DNA from: Mobula hypostoma
Lineage: Eukaryota
Direction of reading: 5' to 3'
DNA: 64,000 bases
Assembly (NCBI RefSeq): GCF_963921235.1
Contig: NC_086107.1
Span: 95,916,001-95,980,000 of the forward strand
Below, in pieces: positions 51,001-61,227 of this stretch (positions are counted from its first letter, which is position 1; every line of letters begins with the position of its first letter). The translations under genes were made by a program, and so were the position numbers. The notes below the pieces were generated by a model that saw only the letters and a program-made list of their open reading frames with translations, had not been told where the DNA came from and made no database searches.

Positions 51001-54000
51001 GGGTCAGTGTGTGTGTGTGTGTAGGACTGTCCCCCAGTGAGGGTCAGTGTGTGTGTAGGACTGTCCCCCAGTGAGGGTCAGTGTGTGTGTAGGACTGTTC
51101 CCCAGTGAGGGTCAGTGTGTGTGTAGGACTGTTCCCCCAGTGAGGGTCAGTGTGTGTGTGGTGCCCGTCCCCAGTGAAGGTCAGTGCATGTGTGTGGGGC
51201 CTGTTCCCCCAGTGCAGTAGTTTCAGTGTTTGGGGGGGGCAACCCCAGTGAGGGTCAGTGTGTGGGTGGGACTGTCCCCCAGTAAGGGCCAGTGTTTGTG
51301 TGGGACTGTCCCCCAGTGAGGGTCAGTGTTTGTGTGGGACCGTCCCCCAGTGAGGGTCAGTGTTTGTGTGGGAGTCATCTTCCAGTGAGGGTCAGTGTGT
51401 GTGGGACCGTCCCTCAGTGAGGGTCAGCGTGTGTGTGGGACCGTCTCCAGTGAGGGTGAGTTTTTGTGTGGGACCATCTCCAGTGAGGGTGAGTTTTTGT
51501 GTGGGACTGTCCCCCAGTGAGGGTCAGTGTGTGGGGCTCGTCCCCAGTGAGGGTCAGTGTGTGTGTGGGAGTCATCTTCCAGTGAGGGTCAGTGCGTATG
51601 TGAGCCGTATCTAAGGAGAGCGAAGGGGTGTTTGTGAAAAGTGAACTCTGCCTTATTTTAACAACGGAAGCAGCTTTCTCTGCTGTACTTGTTGACGTCT
51701 TCATTTTAATTCTTTGCTTGTACCTGCAGATTGCAGGAATGTGGTTCCACTGCACTCGGCCCAGCTGCACTCGTATCCATAGCGATGGCCTCGCGGAAAT
51801 CGGGTTCAAAGGTCAGTTGGGTTGCGATGGATTTTCGGTGGCGCCACCTTCCCCCAGTGTAACAGTCCTGCCGAGCTAAACGCCATAATGACCATCCCCT
51901 CTGTGGCTCAGCTAGTGTCACACTCCCTGAGATACTCCTAAATCCCTCCCTGGTGAAAGATTTGTGTCAGGACAGGAGCTTTCCTGCCAGGTGTATGTGG
52001 CCTTCGCCCTGGGGTTATCCTTGCTCTCCTGCATAAATATCATGTCATGATCTGGTCCTCGATGCACTGTTCTACCCCACCCTCTCCCCTCCCATTATCA
52101 CCTCCGTTCGCTGACAGGAGTGTGGTCCTGACGTGCAACGCTGGGCTACGCAGAAGGGAAATTCCCAGCCACGCCCTTGTGAAGCTGGCAGAGCAGGAGC
52201 TTTAGCTGAGACAGTTAACCAGCACTGGGGCAGCCCACAGCCCTGGAAGCTTCCAACTTCATCTCCCTGCTTTTATATTCTGCACCTCTTCACTTGCTCT
52301 TACCATAGCCAGCCTTTGCAGCTGCTCCTCGTCAGATTCCCCTCGTCCTGCTTCCACCTCGGGTTTGATACCTCTTCCCCACGGTGTTTCCGCGTCTCCT
52401 GCCCCGTGCAGGAAGGCCACTTCCTGGGTGCCCTTCGGCGTTCGGGCAGGTCTCCATGTTCTCCTCTCCGGCCAACGCTTCTCAGGAACGGTCACCAACG
52501 CCCATATTGAAGCAGAAGGTTTGGTTGCAGCGAGGATGCAGCCTTCATGAACCAGAACTAGGTTTGGAAACACCAACTGGTGTTCGCCCGACCAAAGCTC
52601 ACTCACCAGCCTACCCGCAAGGAGTCTGTGTTCCTTTGAAACACGCGGCATCATAGAAACCATAGAGAAACTACAGCACAGAAACAGGCCTTCTGGCCCT
52701 TCAGCCCTTCTTGGCTGTGCCGATCCATTTTCTGCCTAGTCCCACTGACCTGCACACGGACCATATCCCTCCATACACCTCCCATCCATGTATCTGTCCA
52801 ATTTATTCTTAAATGTTAAAAGAGAACCCGCATTTACCACCTCGTCTGGCAGCTCATTCCATACTCCCACCACTCTCTGTGTGAAGAAGCCCCTGCTAAT
52901 GTTCCCTTTAAACTTTTCCCCCTCACCCTTAACCCATGTCCTCTGGTTTTTTTCTCCCCTTGCCTCAGTGGAAAAAGCCTGCTTGCATTCACTCTATCTA
53001 TACCCATCATAATTTTATATACTTCTGTCAAATCTCCCCTCATTCTTCTACGCTCCAGGGAATAAAGTCCTAACCTATTCAACCTTTCTCTGTAACTGAG
53101 TTTCTCAAGTCCTGGCAACATCCTTGTAAACCTTCTCTGCACTCTTTCAACCTTATTTATATCCTTCCTGTAATTTGGTGACCAAAACTGAACACAATAC
53201 TCCAGATTCGGCCTCACCAATGCCTCATCATAACATTCCAGCTCTTATACTCAATACTTTGATTAATAAAGGCCAATGTACCAAAAGCTCTCTTTACGAC
53301 CCTATCTACCTGTGACGCCACTTTTGGGGAATTTTGTATCTGTATTCCCAGATCCCTCTGTTCCACTGCACTCCTCAGTGCCTTACCATTAACCCTGTAT
53401 GTTCTACCTTGGTTTGTCCTTCCAACGTGCAATACCTCACACTTGTCTGTATTAAACTCCATCTGCCATTTTTCAGCCCATTTTTCCAGCTGGTCCAAGT
53501 CCCTCTGCAGGCTCTGAAAACCTTCCTCACTGTCTACTACACCTCCAATCTTTGTATCATCAGCAAATTTGCTGATCCAATTTACCACATTATCATCCAG
53601 ATCATTGATATAGATGACAAATAACAATGGACCCAGCACTGATCCCTGTGGCACACCACTAGTCACAGGCCTCCACTCGGAGAAGCAATTCTATTCTACC
53701 ACTCTTTGGCTTCTTCCATTGAGCCAATGTCTAATCCAATTTACCACCTCTCCATGTATACCTAGCGACTGAATTTTCCTAACTAACCTCCCATGCGGGA
53801 CCTTGTCAAAGGCTTTACTGAAGTCCATGTAGACTGCCTTCCCTTCATCCACTTTCCTGGTAACCTCCTCGAAAAACTCGAATAGATTGGTCAAACATGA
53901 CCTACCACGCACAAAGCCATGTTGACTCTCCCTAATAAGTCCCTGTATATCCAAATGCTTGTAGATTCTGTCTCTTAGTACTCCCTCCAATAACTTACCT

Positions 54001-55180
54001 ACTACCGACGTTAAACTTACCGGCCTATAATTTCCCGAATTACTTTTCGATCCTTTTTTTAAACAACGGAACAACATGAGCCACTCTCCAATCCTCTGGC
54101 ACCTCACCTGTAGACAGCGACATTTTAAATATTTCTGCCAGGGCCCCTGCAATTTCAGCACTAGTCTCCTTCAAGGTCCGAGGGAACACCCTGTCAGGTC
54201 CCGGGAACTTATCCACTTTAATTTTCCTCAAGACAGCAAGCACCTCCTCCTTTTCAATGTGTACAGTTTCCATGATCTCACTACTTGTTTCCCTTAATTC
54301 CATAGACTTCATGCCAGTTTCCTTAGTAAATATAGATGCAAAAAACCTATTTAAGATCTCAAGCAACATACATCAAAGTTGCTGGTGAACGCAGCAGGCC
54401 AAGCAGCATCTATAGGAAGAGGTGCAGTCGACGTTTCAGGCCAAGACCCTGACGAAGGGTCTCGGCCTGAAACGTCGACTGCACCTCTTCCTATAGATGC
54501 TGCTTGGCCTGCTGCGTTCACCAGCAACTTTGATGTATGTTGCTTGAATTTCCAGCATCTGCAGAATTCCTGTTGTTTGTATTTAAGATCTCCCCCATTT
54601 CCTTTGGTTCCGCACATAGCCGACCATTCTGATCTTCAAGAGGACCAATTTTATCCCTTACAATCCTTTTGCTCTTAATATATCTGTAAAAGTTCTTTGG
54701 ATTATCCTTCACTTTGACTGCCAAGGCTGTGTCTTCGGGATTGGCCGGATGGTGTGCGCGTCGCACTCTGGTGTTATTGCAATCTCCCAGTGAGTCAGGG
54801 TACGGGGGACTAGCCCCTTCCCAACAAGGCAGCCAGATATCACGACCTGGGCACAAATCGGTCACGATGGGACGGGGCAATATTGCAGTCAATGACCTGG
54901 CAAAAACAGCCTCCAGAAACCTTTTATTTCTGTCCTACACCTGGGGGCAATAGAACCAACTGAAAGCCTGCAAGCAATTAAGGTGAAGGGGGGTAATTTT
55001 AAAGGAGATGTGAGAGGCAATTTTTTTTTTTTTTTTTTACAGAGTGGTGGGTGCCTAGAATGCACTGCCTGGGGTGGTGGTAGAGGCCAGTACATTAGCG
55101 TGAGGAAACCTGAGGGATGTGGACATTGTGTGGGCAGAAGAGATTAATTTAGTTGGCCATTTGATTACCAATTTATTTGA

Positions 55181-55221
<41 letters not shown>

Positions 55222-58200
55222 CCCCGCCCCCGCCCCCGCAGGAACTCAGCAGAGTGTGTTGGTTGGAAATCCAGCATCTGCAGATTTTCTTTGTTACTAA
55301 CTTATTTGGTTCGACACAACATAGTGGGCCAAAGGCCTGTTCCTGTGCCGTACTGTTCTGTGCTCTATTGGATTTTTGGGATCTGGTGGGTGTTAAGGAG
55401 GTTTTACTGTGAACGTTGAATGATGTGAGATGGTTTGTTTGGTTTGAGGTTATAATCTGTACAGACGGCCGAGCAAACACCATCCTGGGCAACCTGGAGG
55501 ATATTAAGGAAGATCTGATTTATCAAAGCTCCAAACGGTTCTACAGTCACCTTGCTGAATACGCAGTGAAGCAGGGGTAAGTGCCCAGTGCAGAACTTCA
55601 GATTTTGTTTCCAATGTTATTTATTTTATTGAGATACAGTGTGGAGTAGGCCTTTCTGGCCCTTTCAGCCATGCTGCCCAACAATCCTCCTGATTTAATC
55701 CTGGCCTAATCATGAGACGGTTTACAATGACCAATTAATCTACCAACCGGTATGTGTTTGGATAGTTGGAGGAAACCAGAGCACCCGGAGGAAACCCACA
55801 CGGTCGCAGGGAGAGCGTACAAACTCCTTACAGGCACCAGCGGGATTTGAACCCTGCACTGTAAGGCGCTGTGCTAACCACTATGCTACCATGCCTCCCC
55901 AAGGTGATCAGAGGGCGTGTCACCTAGGCAGGGCAATGGGTCAAGTGAAGGAGAGAAAGTTCCAAGGTAGCGGTTCTCCGCTGTCTAAGTCCATCCCAGC
56001 TGGAGCTGAATCCCCTCGTCTCACAATTGCTCAATGCTGGAGTTTGATGACCTTGGAGAGGATGATGACGGTGAAGACACAAAGATTCATAATGTTGAGA
56101 TTGGGGAGATGGAGTCGGTCAGCAGGTCCCCACTGGCTTGTTATTGGAGCAGCTGAGCAGAGTGACATCAAAGTCAACCTGAGGTAACGTGCGGGCAAAG
56201 GTTGGGCACCTTCTGTGCAGAGCCAAGACCTGGGGTGTTGACCTTTGACCTGTGCTCCTTTTGTGGAAAGAATGAGCAGCTAGCTCTCCACTACCCCTAC
56301 CTACCCCCCCCGCCACCGAGATCTCTAAATTCCTCACAACCACCCCCCCCACCCCCCAAAAGCAGGCCCTGTTTGAACACTAGAGCGAGGAAGCAATGTC
56401 TCACGATCCACCTGGACCTTTCTTTGCAGGGTGATCATCTCGGTGTTGACAATCAAGGGCACAGATTGCAGGTTACCCGAGCTGGGACAGCTGGCTGACA
56501 AAACAGGAGGAAAGGTGAGTCGGCCTGCGGGGTGGGCGGGGGGAGCTTCAAGGGTGGGAGACGGGGCTGAGCCTGTGAATTGGTGCTGGAGACTAGAACT
56601 GACAGAAACATGGCACAATCAGCTAAGTCGGGAGCAGCGTCTGTCCGGAGGCTGGATTTATGCCTAATTGCCCATGGCTTCAGGTTGATGGGGAAATGAG
56701 ATGAGTGGAGAGTTGCCAAGGTGGAGTGGAGACAGTGGTTACCTAGTGGGTTGTTATCAGAGGAGAAAATGAGAAAGGATGTGTAAGGATTGACTTTCGC
56801 TGCTTCTTCACCTCAGGTGAACATCACCAATCCAGCCAGTTTATACAACGAATTTGAGCTCATTTTAGAAGACGATGTCATTGCCACGAATGTCACTATC
56901 ACCTTCTTCGCTGACGCTGGCCTGTAAGTGTCTGTGATCTGTGGTTTATGATCCAGGTCCGCGCCACGGGGCAAGACGAGGGATTCCGCCTGAGCCAAGG
57001 TGGATCGGGACTGTTTCGGGTATAGCAGTGCCACCTGGCACTCTCAGCTGCTGGAAGAGTAAAGGGCACATTCAGGGGCTGGGGTGGGTGAGGTTACGTC
57101 AGCTGGTGAGTGATACCAGAAATAGTTTTGGTAGCGGGGAAAAAAACTGAAAAACAAAGAATGTAAGAAATGGAACCAGCTGATTCGAAAGACTCCTCCA
57201 TCTCCACCGCAGCACTAACTTTCTGCGTTTACCCCATAGCCTATAATTCCCTTAATGTCAAAGGATTCATCGATCTCCCATGATGGACGTAGTCAGTATC
57301 TGAGTGCTTGGAGGTAGACAGGTTCAGAGATTCAGCCCTCGCTCAGTAAAGACATTTCTCCTGTTTGTTGTTGTAAATGGAGAACCCTTGTGCTGAGACT
57401 GGTCCCCCTCCCACTGTCCTAGACACTCCAGCAAGAGCAAGTAACAACTCTGACAGCCTCCTGTTGAGCCCCTCAGGAATGTTGTAGTTTTAATGAAGCG
57501 TGCCTGATTTCTCTAAACTGGACGGTAAGACCTGTCTGGGGTGTCCTTGTACAACAGTTTCAGCTTTGAGGCAGCTTCCAACGCTCCATTGTAGCATCAG
57601 GTCCAATCCGATTGTTCGCTTGCTGTGCCATTTTGTTTCTAACACTTTTAATTCTAATTAAGCCAATTCCATAGTCCTAGGAGTTTACAAGAGTGGGGGG
57701 CAACCTTACCCATACATATCTGACCCTCGGGTGCCTGACTGGGGAGATGTGGGAGTCACGAGCAAGGGGACATCGTTGGAAAAGAAGAAAATTGGGTCAT
57801 CCAAAATTGGGCTGTGTGGAAATTTCTCTTCTCGGACAATGATGAATCTTTGGAATTCTCTCCAGTAAGGGCACTGGAGGCCAGACACTGGATATAGTTA
57901 AGATGGAGATAGATAAGTATTTGAAAGATTGAGGAATTGAGGTTTAAGGGTAGGAGAGGAGTTGAGGCCAGCAGAGATCATATATAAATAACTGAACACC
58001 CTTGAGGGGCTGAGTGGCCTACTCCTGTTCCTTGTGTGGAATGTTAACTTCCAATTTCCTTGGAGGAATTGAGGTTTAAGGGTAGGAGAGGAGTTGAGGC
58101 CAGCAGAGATCATATATAAATAACTGAACACCCTTGAGGGGCTGAGTGGCCTACTCCTGTTCCTTGTGTGGAATGTTAACTTCCAATTTCCTTGCAGGTA

Positions 58201-60319
58201 TTTTAAGTATGAAGACAACATCAGCAACAAATACGTGAAAGAAATTGGGAATGTGGTCAAAGATATGGCCATCACCTTTGAGTTTGGAATCAAAGACATG
58301 GAGCGAGAGGGTAAGTGTGCCATTTAACAGGCGGAGCCCAGGCTTTAACAAGACTGTAACACTGGGGATGTCTCCAGTTCTCTGCTGTGGACTGGGACAT
58401 CTTGACAAGTCCCTCGGGGTCGAGGGCGACTTCCTCACTCCAGTTCTGTGGTTTCCCAGGTGGACGATAGGGTAACATGGGACTGGACCTGATGATGTGG
58501 CTAGGTAACTGGTGTCCTCCCAACGCTTGGCCTCCGAGTTCTCAGTGCTGTCCGAATGCTTCACTTCCTTTCTAAGCAGATGTGGTCTAGGGATTCCCGT
58601 GAGTCAGTCATAACCTCTTGCCAGGACGGGAGAGTGTGGAAGAGGAGGTCTGTGACGATGCAGCCTGCCCGGAGGAGACAGTGGTGTGTAATTAGGCCGT
58701 CAATCATGGCGATGTCAGCCTGGGAGAGGACTCTGATGCCAGGTTGCTCACTGGCCAGTGGGCGTGGATTTCGGCTTGTGCCGACAACATCGTTGAGACC
58801 TCTCCTGTGCTCTGAAGGGTCTGTGTCTGAAGGAGAGAGGTGAATGGTGATCTCTGCTGGATTTGATGATCAAACACCCTTTCTCCCCAGGTGATCCAAG
58901 ACCACATTGACATAGAGGTGATGGAGGACGCTAGTCTCCCCTCAGATTTTTGCTCACCCACTCCTGGGCATCTCTGTGGGCTTTAGAAATCAGATGCTGG
59001 TGTTGTATGATGGGGGCAGGTTGCTTCAGGAACTTTGTTTGGCAGATGTTTAACATCAGGCCCATGACCTCGTACACTTCAGTGAACATGAAGTGTGCAC
59101 GTGCAAGCTTCGTGTTCACACCACAGCTTCATTACAAACCTTGGTGTGACATTCCTTATGGAGATGATGAGAGTTGAGCTGATTTCCATCTGCCCTGGAG
59201 ATCCAATCCACTCCTTCACTGAAGTGCCGCAGACTGGGGAGGGGAGGCTAAGCAAAGTATTGGGTCCACGTGGCCTTGCCTGAAAACTGGCTCCGACGGG
59301 CACCTCTTGATGCGCCAAAACAAAGACAATATGTAGCGAAGGGAAATTTGAGAAGGATATTCCACAGTCTTGCCCTCAGTGAGGTGGGAAAAGGCCCTTG
59401 TGGTTGGTGCTGCTCTTCTTGTTTCTCCGAAAGTTATCCTGTGGTGAAATCACGTTCACTCTGCCTCAAGACGCGCTGCCACTGGGAAGTGAGCGTCTAA
59501 TCCAGCTCCAGAGATGCTGTGCTCATAAAACAGTGGCTGCGCTCAAGTCAGCACTAAGGCATCCATTAGTCTTGCGAGACCATGGATCTGCGCCTGGAAA
59601 GTCTTCACTCTCCAGGGCGCAGGCCTGGACAAGGTTGTATGGAAGACCGGCAGTTGCCCATGCTGCAAGTCTCCCCTCTACACAAGACCGATGTTGTCCA
59701 AGGGAAGGGCATTAGGACCCAAACAGCTTGGCACCGGTGTCATCGCAGAGTAATGTGTGATTAAGTGCCTTGCTCAAGGACACGTTGCCTCGGCTGGGGC
59801 TCGAACTCACGACCTTCAGGTCGCTAGTCCAATGTCTTAACCACCTGGCCACGTGCCCACACCAGCGAAGGGAAATTACAGCACTAAGTGTTGTTGAAAG
59901 GCACCAGTGGTTCATTAGAAATTCAGGTACTAAAGGGATTTGAGGAGAAGGCGATGTGAAAGCTGCCTCTGGGGTGTAGGCTCGGGTCGTCTTACAAACA
60001 GAGCCTGGAGAATATTCACCAGACCTGAATGTGAACAATTCTGCAAAGTGAACCAGCTGACAGGTGTATGTAACACAGTTCCTTCAGCAGATGGTTTATT
60101 GCTCCAGCTTCCAACCGCAGCCCAGTCTCGAATCAAAACTGGAGACCGAGGAGGGTGTTCATTTTAATGTGTTAGAATTTGTTTTAATGTCCCTTCCTGT
60201 TCCCCAGAACTTCTGAAGAAAACTGCACTCCCCTTCCAACTTCAGCTGGGCTTTGCACTCCCAGACGGACGCCATGTCTACAGGATCGTTACTCAGGAAA
60301 AGCCTATGACCAGCCACAG
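23990..60319 (+). CDS. cpras1: Spliced gene: circularly permutated Ras protein 1-like (Pro/Tyr-rich N-term + Sec23/24-type Zn finger + vWA + beta-rich domain); 3'-incomplete. join(23990-24098,24305-24664,[30915-31130],31378-31518,34509-34595,36117-36205,39495-39674,41037-41087,42330-42419,48731-48882,51730-51811,55449-55576,56430-56514,56817-56923,58198-58310,60208-60319,...)
   Basis: All exons have AG/GT boundaries with matching phases and give one open frame of 2102 nt (~700 aa). An in-frame TGA lies 12 nt upstream of the ATG. Motifs: MEFA start, [13 protein letters not shown], CxxC...[68 protein letters not shown]. Family name is from recall. Confidence 0.85.
24161..24174. promoter_or_regulatory. 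Palindromic RFX X-box GTTACCATGGTAAC
   Basis: Exact match to GTTRCCATGGYAAC, followed by degenerate 15-bp repeats of the half-site. Confidence 0.5.
24305..24664 (+). CDS. cpras1: Coding exon, Tyr/Pro-rich ([10 protein letters not shown]...[15 protein letters not shown])
   Basis: ttcactgcag| and G|gtgagc; 360 nt, phase 1-1, open. Confidence 0.75.
25116..25338 (+). mobile_element. Possible solo LTR
   Basis: TGTTGTGT...ACATAATA imperfect inverted ends; imperfect 5-bp TSD ATATC/ATTTC. Confidence 0.4.
27025..28890 (-). mobile_element. CR1 LINE fragment (RT region, degenerate)
   Basis: [12 protein letters not shown]...[10 protein letters not shown]...[32 protein letters not shown]. Confidence 0.85.
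29560..29980 (+). mobile_element. Young CR1 3' fragment
   Basis: [27 protein letters not shown]...[14 protein letters not shown]. Confidence 0.85.
30915..31130 (+). CDS. Possible (cassette) Pro-rich coding exon (HNPLLLHPG...PRAAPPK)
   Basis: aaacag| and AAGG|gtggga; 216 nt, phase 1-1, open; both splice sites are weak. Confidence 0.45.
31378..31518 (+). CDS. cpras1: Coding exon ([23 protein letters not shown]...PPLPDR)
   Basis: gttccag| and C|gtgagt; 141 nt, phase 1-1. Confidence 0.8.
34352..34483 (+). mobile_element. Short Penelope-tail insertion with 14-bp TSD in the 3' splice region
   Basis: TSD TAACTTTCCCTTGT at 34338-34351 and 34484-34497. Confidence 0.8.
34509..34595 (+). CDS. cpras1: Coding exon ([28 protein letters not shown])
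   Basis: ttccacag| (NAGNAG alternative 3 nt downstream) and G|gtaagc; phase 1-1. Confidence 0.85.
34825..35955. repeat. G-rich minisatellite, ~28-32 bp unit (gggggtttgaggggacggtgtgtgtgt)
   Basis: Tandem copies visible directly. Confidence 0.95.
36117..36205 (+). CDS. cpras1: Coding exon, first half of Zn finger ([19 protein letters not shown]...)
   Basis: ctacag| and |gtgagt; branch-point-like ttctaac upstream; phase 1-0. Confidence 0.85.
36432..37060 (-). mobile_element. Rex1/Babar-type LINE 3' fragment
   Basis: LKKAGL...FYRCTTES...[16 protein letters not shown]; (TTTCAA)n tail. Confidence 0.8.
37958..38565 (-). mobile_element. Tigger/pogo-type DNA transposon remnant
   Basis: TA|CAGTAGATTC terminus; acidic transposase-C-terminus-like peptide on the minus strand. 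Confidence 0.5.
38570..39180 (+). mobile_element. Penelope-like element fragment with inverted 5' part
   Basis: 38570-38790 is an antisense GIY-YIG remnant, followed by the sense tail with a decayed hammerhead (39079-39116). Confidence 0.6.
39495..39674 (+). CDS. cpras1: Coding exon, second half of Zn finger + vWA start ([11 protein letters not shown]...[17 protein letters not shown])
   Basis: ccctcag| and |gtaagg; 180 nt; WxCxFC and DxSxS motifs. Confidence 0.92.
41037..41087 (+). CDS. cpras1: Short coding exon ([17 protein letters not shown])
   Basis: cctaac branch point + poly-T + gcag|CAG (NAGNAG, alternative start 41040); |gtatga; phase 0-0. Confidence 0.85.
42330..42419 (+). CDS. cpras1: Coding exon, vWA ([30 protein letters not shown])
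   Basis: gttgcag| and |gtaggt; 90 nt; RVALVTF strand typical of vWA/Sec23-24 trunk. Confidence 0.9.
43150..44520 (+). mobile_element. Degenerate Penelope-like element (Zn knuckle + GIY-YIG endonuclease remnant, pyrimidine-rich 3' region, hammerhead remnant)
   Basis: 43545-43920 translates to [34 protein letters not shown]; tail family shared with 39000-39180 and 47650-47850. Confidence 0.7.
45628..46830 (-). mobile_element. Two stacked Rex1-type LINE 3' fragments
   Basis: (TTCTGA)n tails at 45628 and 46068; [32 protein letters not shown]. Confidence 0.8.
47320..47850 (+). mobile_element. Penelope-like element 3' part with hammerhead ribozyme motif
   Basis: EEQHL...[14 protein letters not shown] endonuclease C-terminus, then the family tail. 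Confidence 0.75.
47700..47737 (+). ncRNA. Minimal type I hammerhead ribozyme motif (PLE type)
   Basis: cagtc-CTGAAGA-agggtctcagcct-GAAA-cgtt-gactg: stem I cagtc/gactg, conserved core, palindromic ACGT stem III, GUU cleavage triplet. Confidence 0.65.
48731..48882 (+). CDS. cpras1: Coding exon, vWA ([25 protein letters not shown]...RRRVQ)
   Basis: tttctcag| and CT|gtgagt; phase 0-2. Confidence 0.9.
49635..51597. repeat. Minisatellite, ~34-40 bp unit (cagtgagggtcag(tg)n-aggactgtcccc)
   Basis: Tandem copies with variable (TG)n and repeated variant blocks. Confidence 0.95.
51730..51811 (+). CDS. cpras1: Coding exon, vWA ([27 protein letters not shown])
   Basis: cctgcag| and |gtcagt; phase 2-0; GSTALGPA carries the MIDAS Thr. 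Confidence 0.9.
52656..54722 (-). mobile_element. Young CR1 LINE fragment (RT domain with frameshifts)
   Basis: [61 protein letters not shown]. Confidence 0.92.
54361..54579 (+). mobile_element. Young 5'-truncated Penelope-like insertion with inverted terminal segment (hairpin) and 13-bp TSD
   Basis: ~90-bp near-perfect inverted arms centred near 54453; TSD TATTTAAGATCTC at 54348-54360 and 54580-54592; interrupts a CR1. Confidence 0.85.
55449..55576 (+). CDS. cpras1: Coding exon, vWA ([18 protein letters not shown]...YAVKQG)
   Basis: Unusual tttgag| acceptor, GG|gtaagt donor; phase 0-2; TDG carries the MIDAS Asp. Confidence 0.88.
56430..56514 (+). CDS. cpras1: Coding exon, vWA ([28 protein letters not shown])
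   Basis: tttgcag| and |gtgagt; phase 2-0; LAxxTGG motif. Confidence 0.9.
56817..56923 (+). CDS. cpras1: Coding exon ([35 protein letters not shown])
   Basis: cctcag| and CT|gtaagt; phase 0-2. Confidence 0.9.
57931..58194. repeat. Apparently perfect 132-bp tandem duplication abutting a 3' splice site
   Basis: 57931-58062 matches 58063-58194. Confidence 0.93.
58198..58310 (+). CDS. cpras1: Coding exon ([37 protein letters not shown])
   Basis: ccttgcag| and G|gtaagt; phase 2-1. Confidence 0.88.
58480..59530 (-). mobile_element. Degenerate RTE-clade LINE fragment
   Basis: [25 protein letters not shown] resembles the RTE RT C-terminal motif. Confidence 0.5.
59557..59862 (-). mobile_element. 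Same tRNA-derived SINE family, full length
   Basis: Reverse complement of 5900-6208. Confidence 0.85.
60208..60319 (+). CDS. cpras1: Last coding exon recognised in the window ([36 protein letters not shown])
   Basis: ttccccag| and AG|gtaact; phase 1-2; resembles the Sec23/24 beta-sandwich pattern FQ...Y..dG....RV.T. Confidence 0.87.
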
Positions 60320-61227
60320 GTAACTGGAACCGAGTGCTGATGGCAGCCACTGTATACAAGCAGGGTGCTCCTGTAGCATGTAGAAGGAGCAGGAGCCCGC
60401 ATCCTGCCCCTGTCACACTGCTCTTTGCTTAGTCCAAAGACTCTCTGTCACCTTGAGCTCCCAGCTCCCTTACCAATGGTCCTCGTGATCCAATCCCTTC
60501 TCCAGTTACCATGCACTAAGGGGCTCAGACTGTACAGCCTCACAACTCTTGAGGTTGGGGTTGGGGGGGCGGGGGTGGTAATGACCTTCTTCGCACAATT
60601 CAACATCCCTCACATTTAATGTCTCTCTTCTCCCTATCACGTTGTTTCCTAATTTATCGCCACCATCGTGGTGCAAAGACTGAAGTGAAGAAAGACCCCC
60701 ATGTGTATTGGGGGTTAGAGTCATAGAACACTACAGCACAGAAACAGGCCCTTCAGCCCATCTACTCCATGCCAAAGTATTAAGCCACCTAGTCCCATCG
60801 ACCTGCGCCATGGTCCTCTGTACTCATCCCATCCGCGTACCTATCCTCGCTTTGTATTTCTGGAAAACCCAGCGTTTTTGGTGATTGTCTTGCTCACGAC
60901 TGCCTCTAATACCCAATAAGCCCATCCCTCTGCCTTTACAAAGACCAAGTCCAATCCATCTATTAGCCCACACTGCCATAGAATATTTGATCCAAATCCA
61001 GTCCAGTACCTACATTAAATGTCACCGGGCCTTGGCCAGAGGAGCCAGCCATTAAGTGACCTGAAGATGGAGTACTCCAGAGAGTTGTCTCCCTTGTAAT
61101 GGCTGTATTGACCACCCTGCAGATTTCCATCAAACTCAGTGGAAACACCTAAGGGTCTGTCTTAATCCTCTCCATAACAGAGAGTGGTGAAGTTTCACAG
61201 GAGTAAAGACATCACAGTTGCGACAAT

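Noticed and set aside
49635..51597. Repeat array superficially like CRISPR
   Set aside because: No unique spacers, eukaryotic context, no cas genes
52834..54369. RT-like ORFs as a functional gene
   Set aside because: Frameshifted, 5'-truncated CR1 copy interrupted by an insertion
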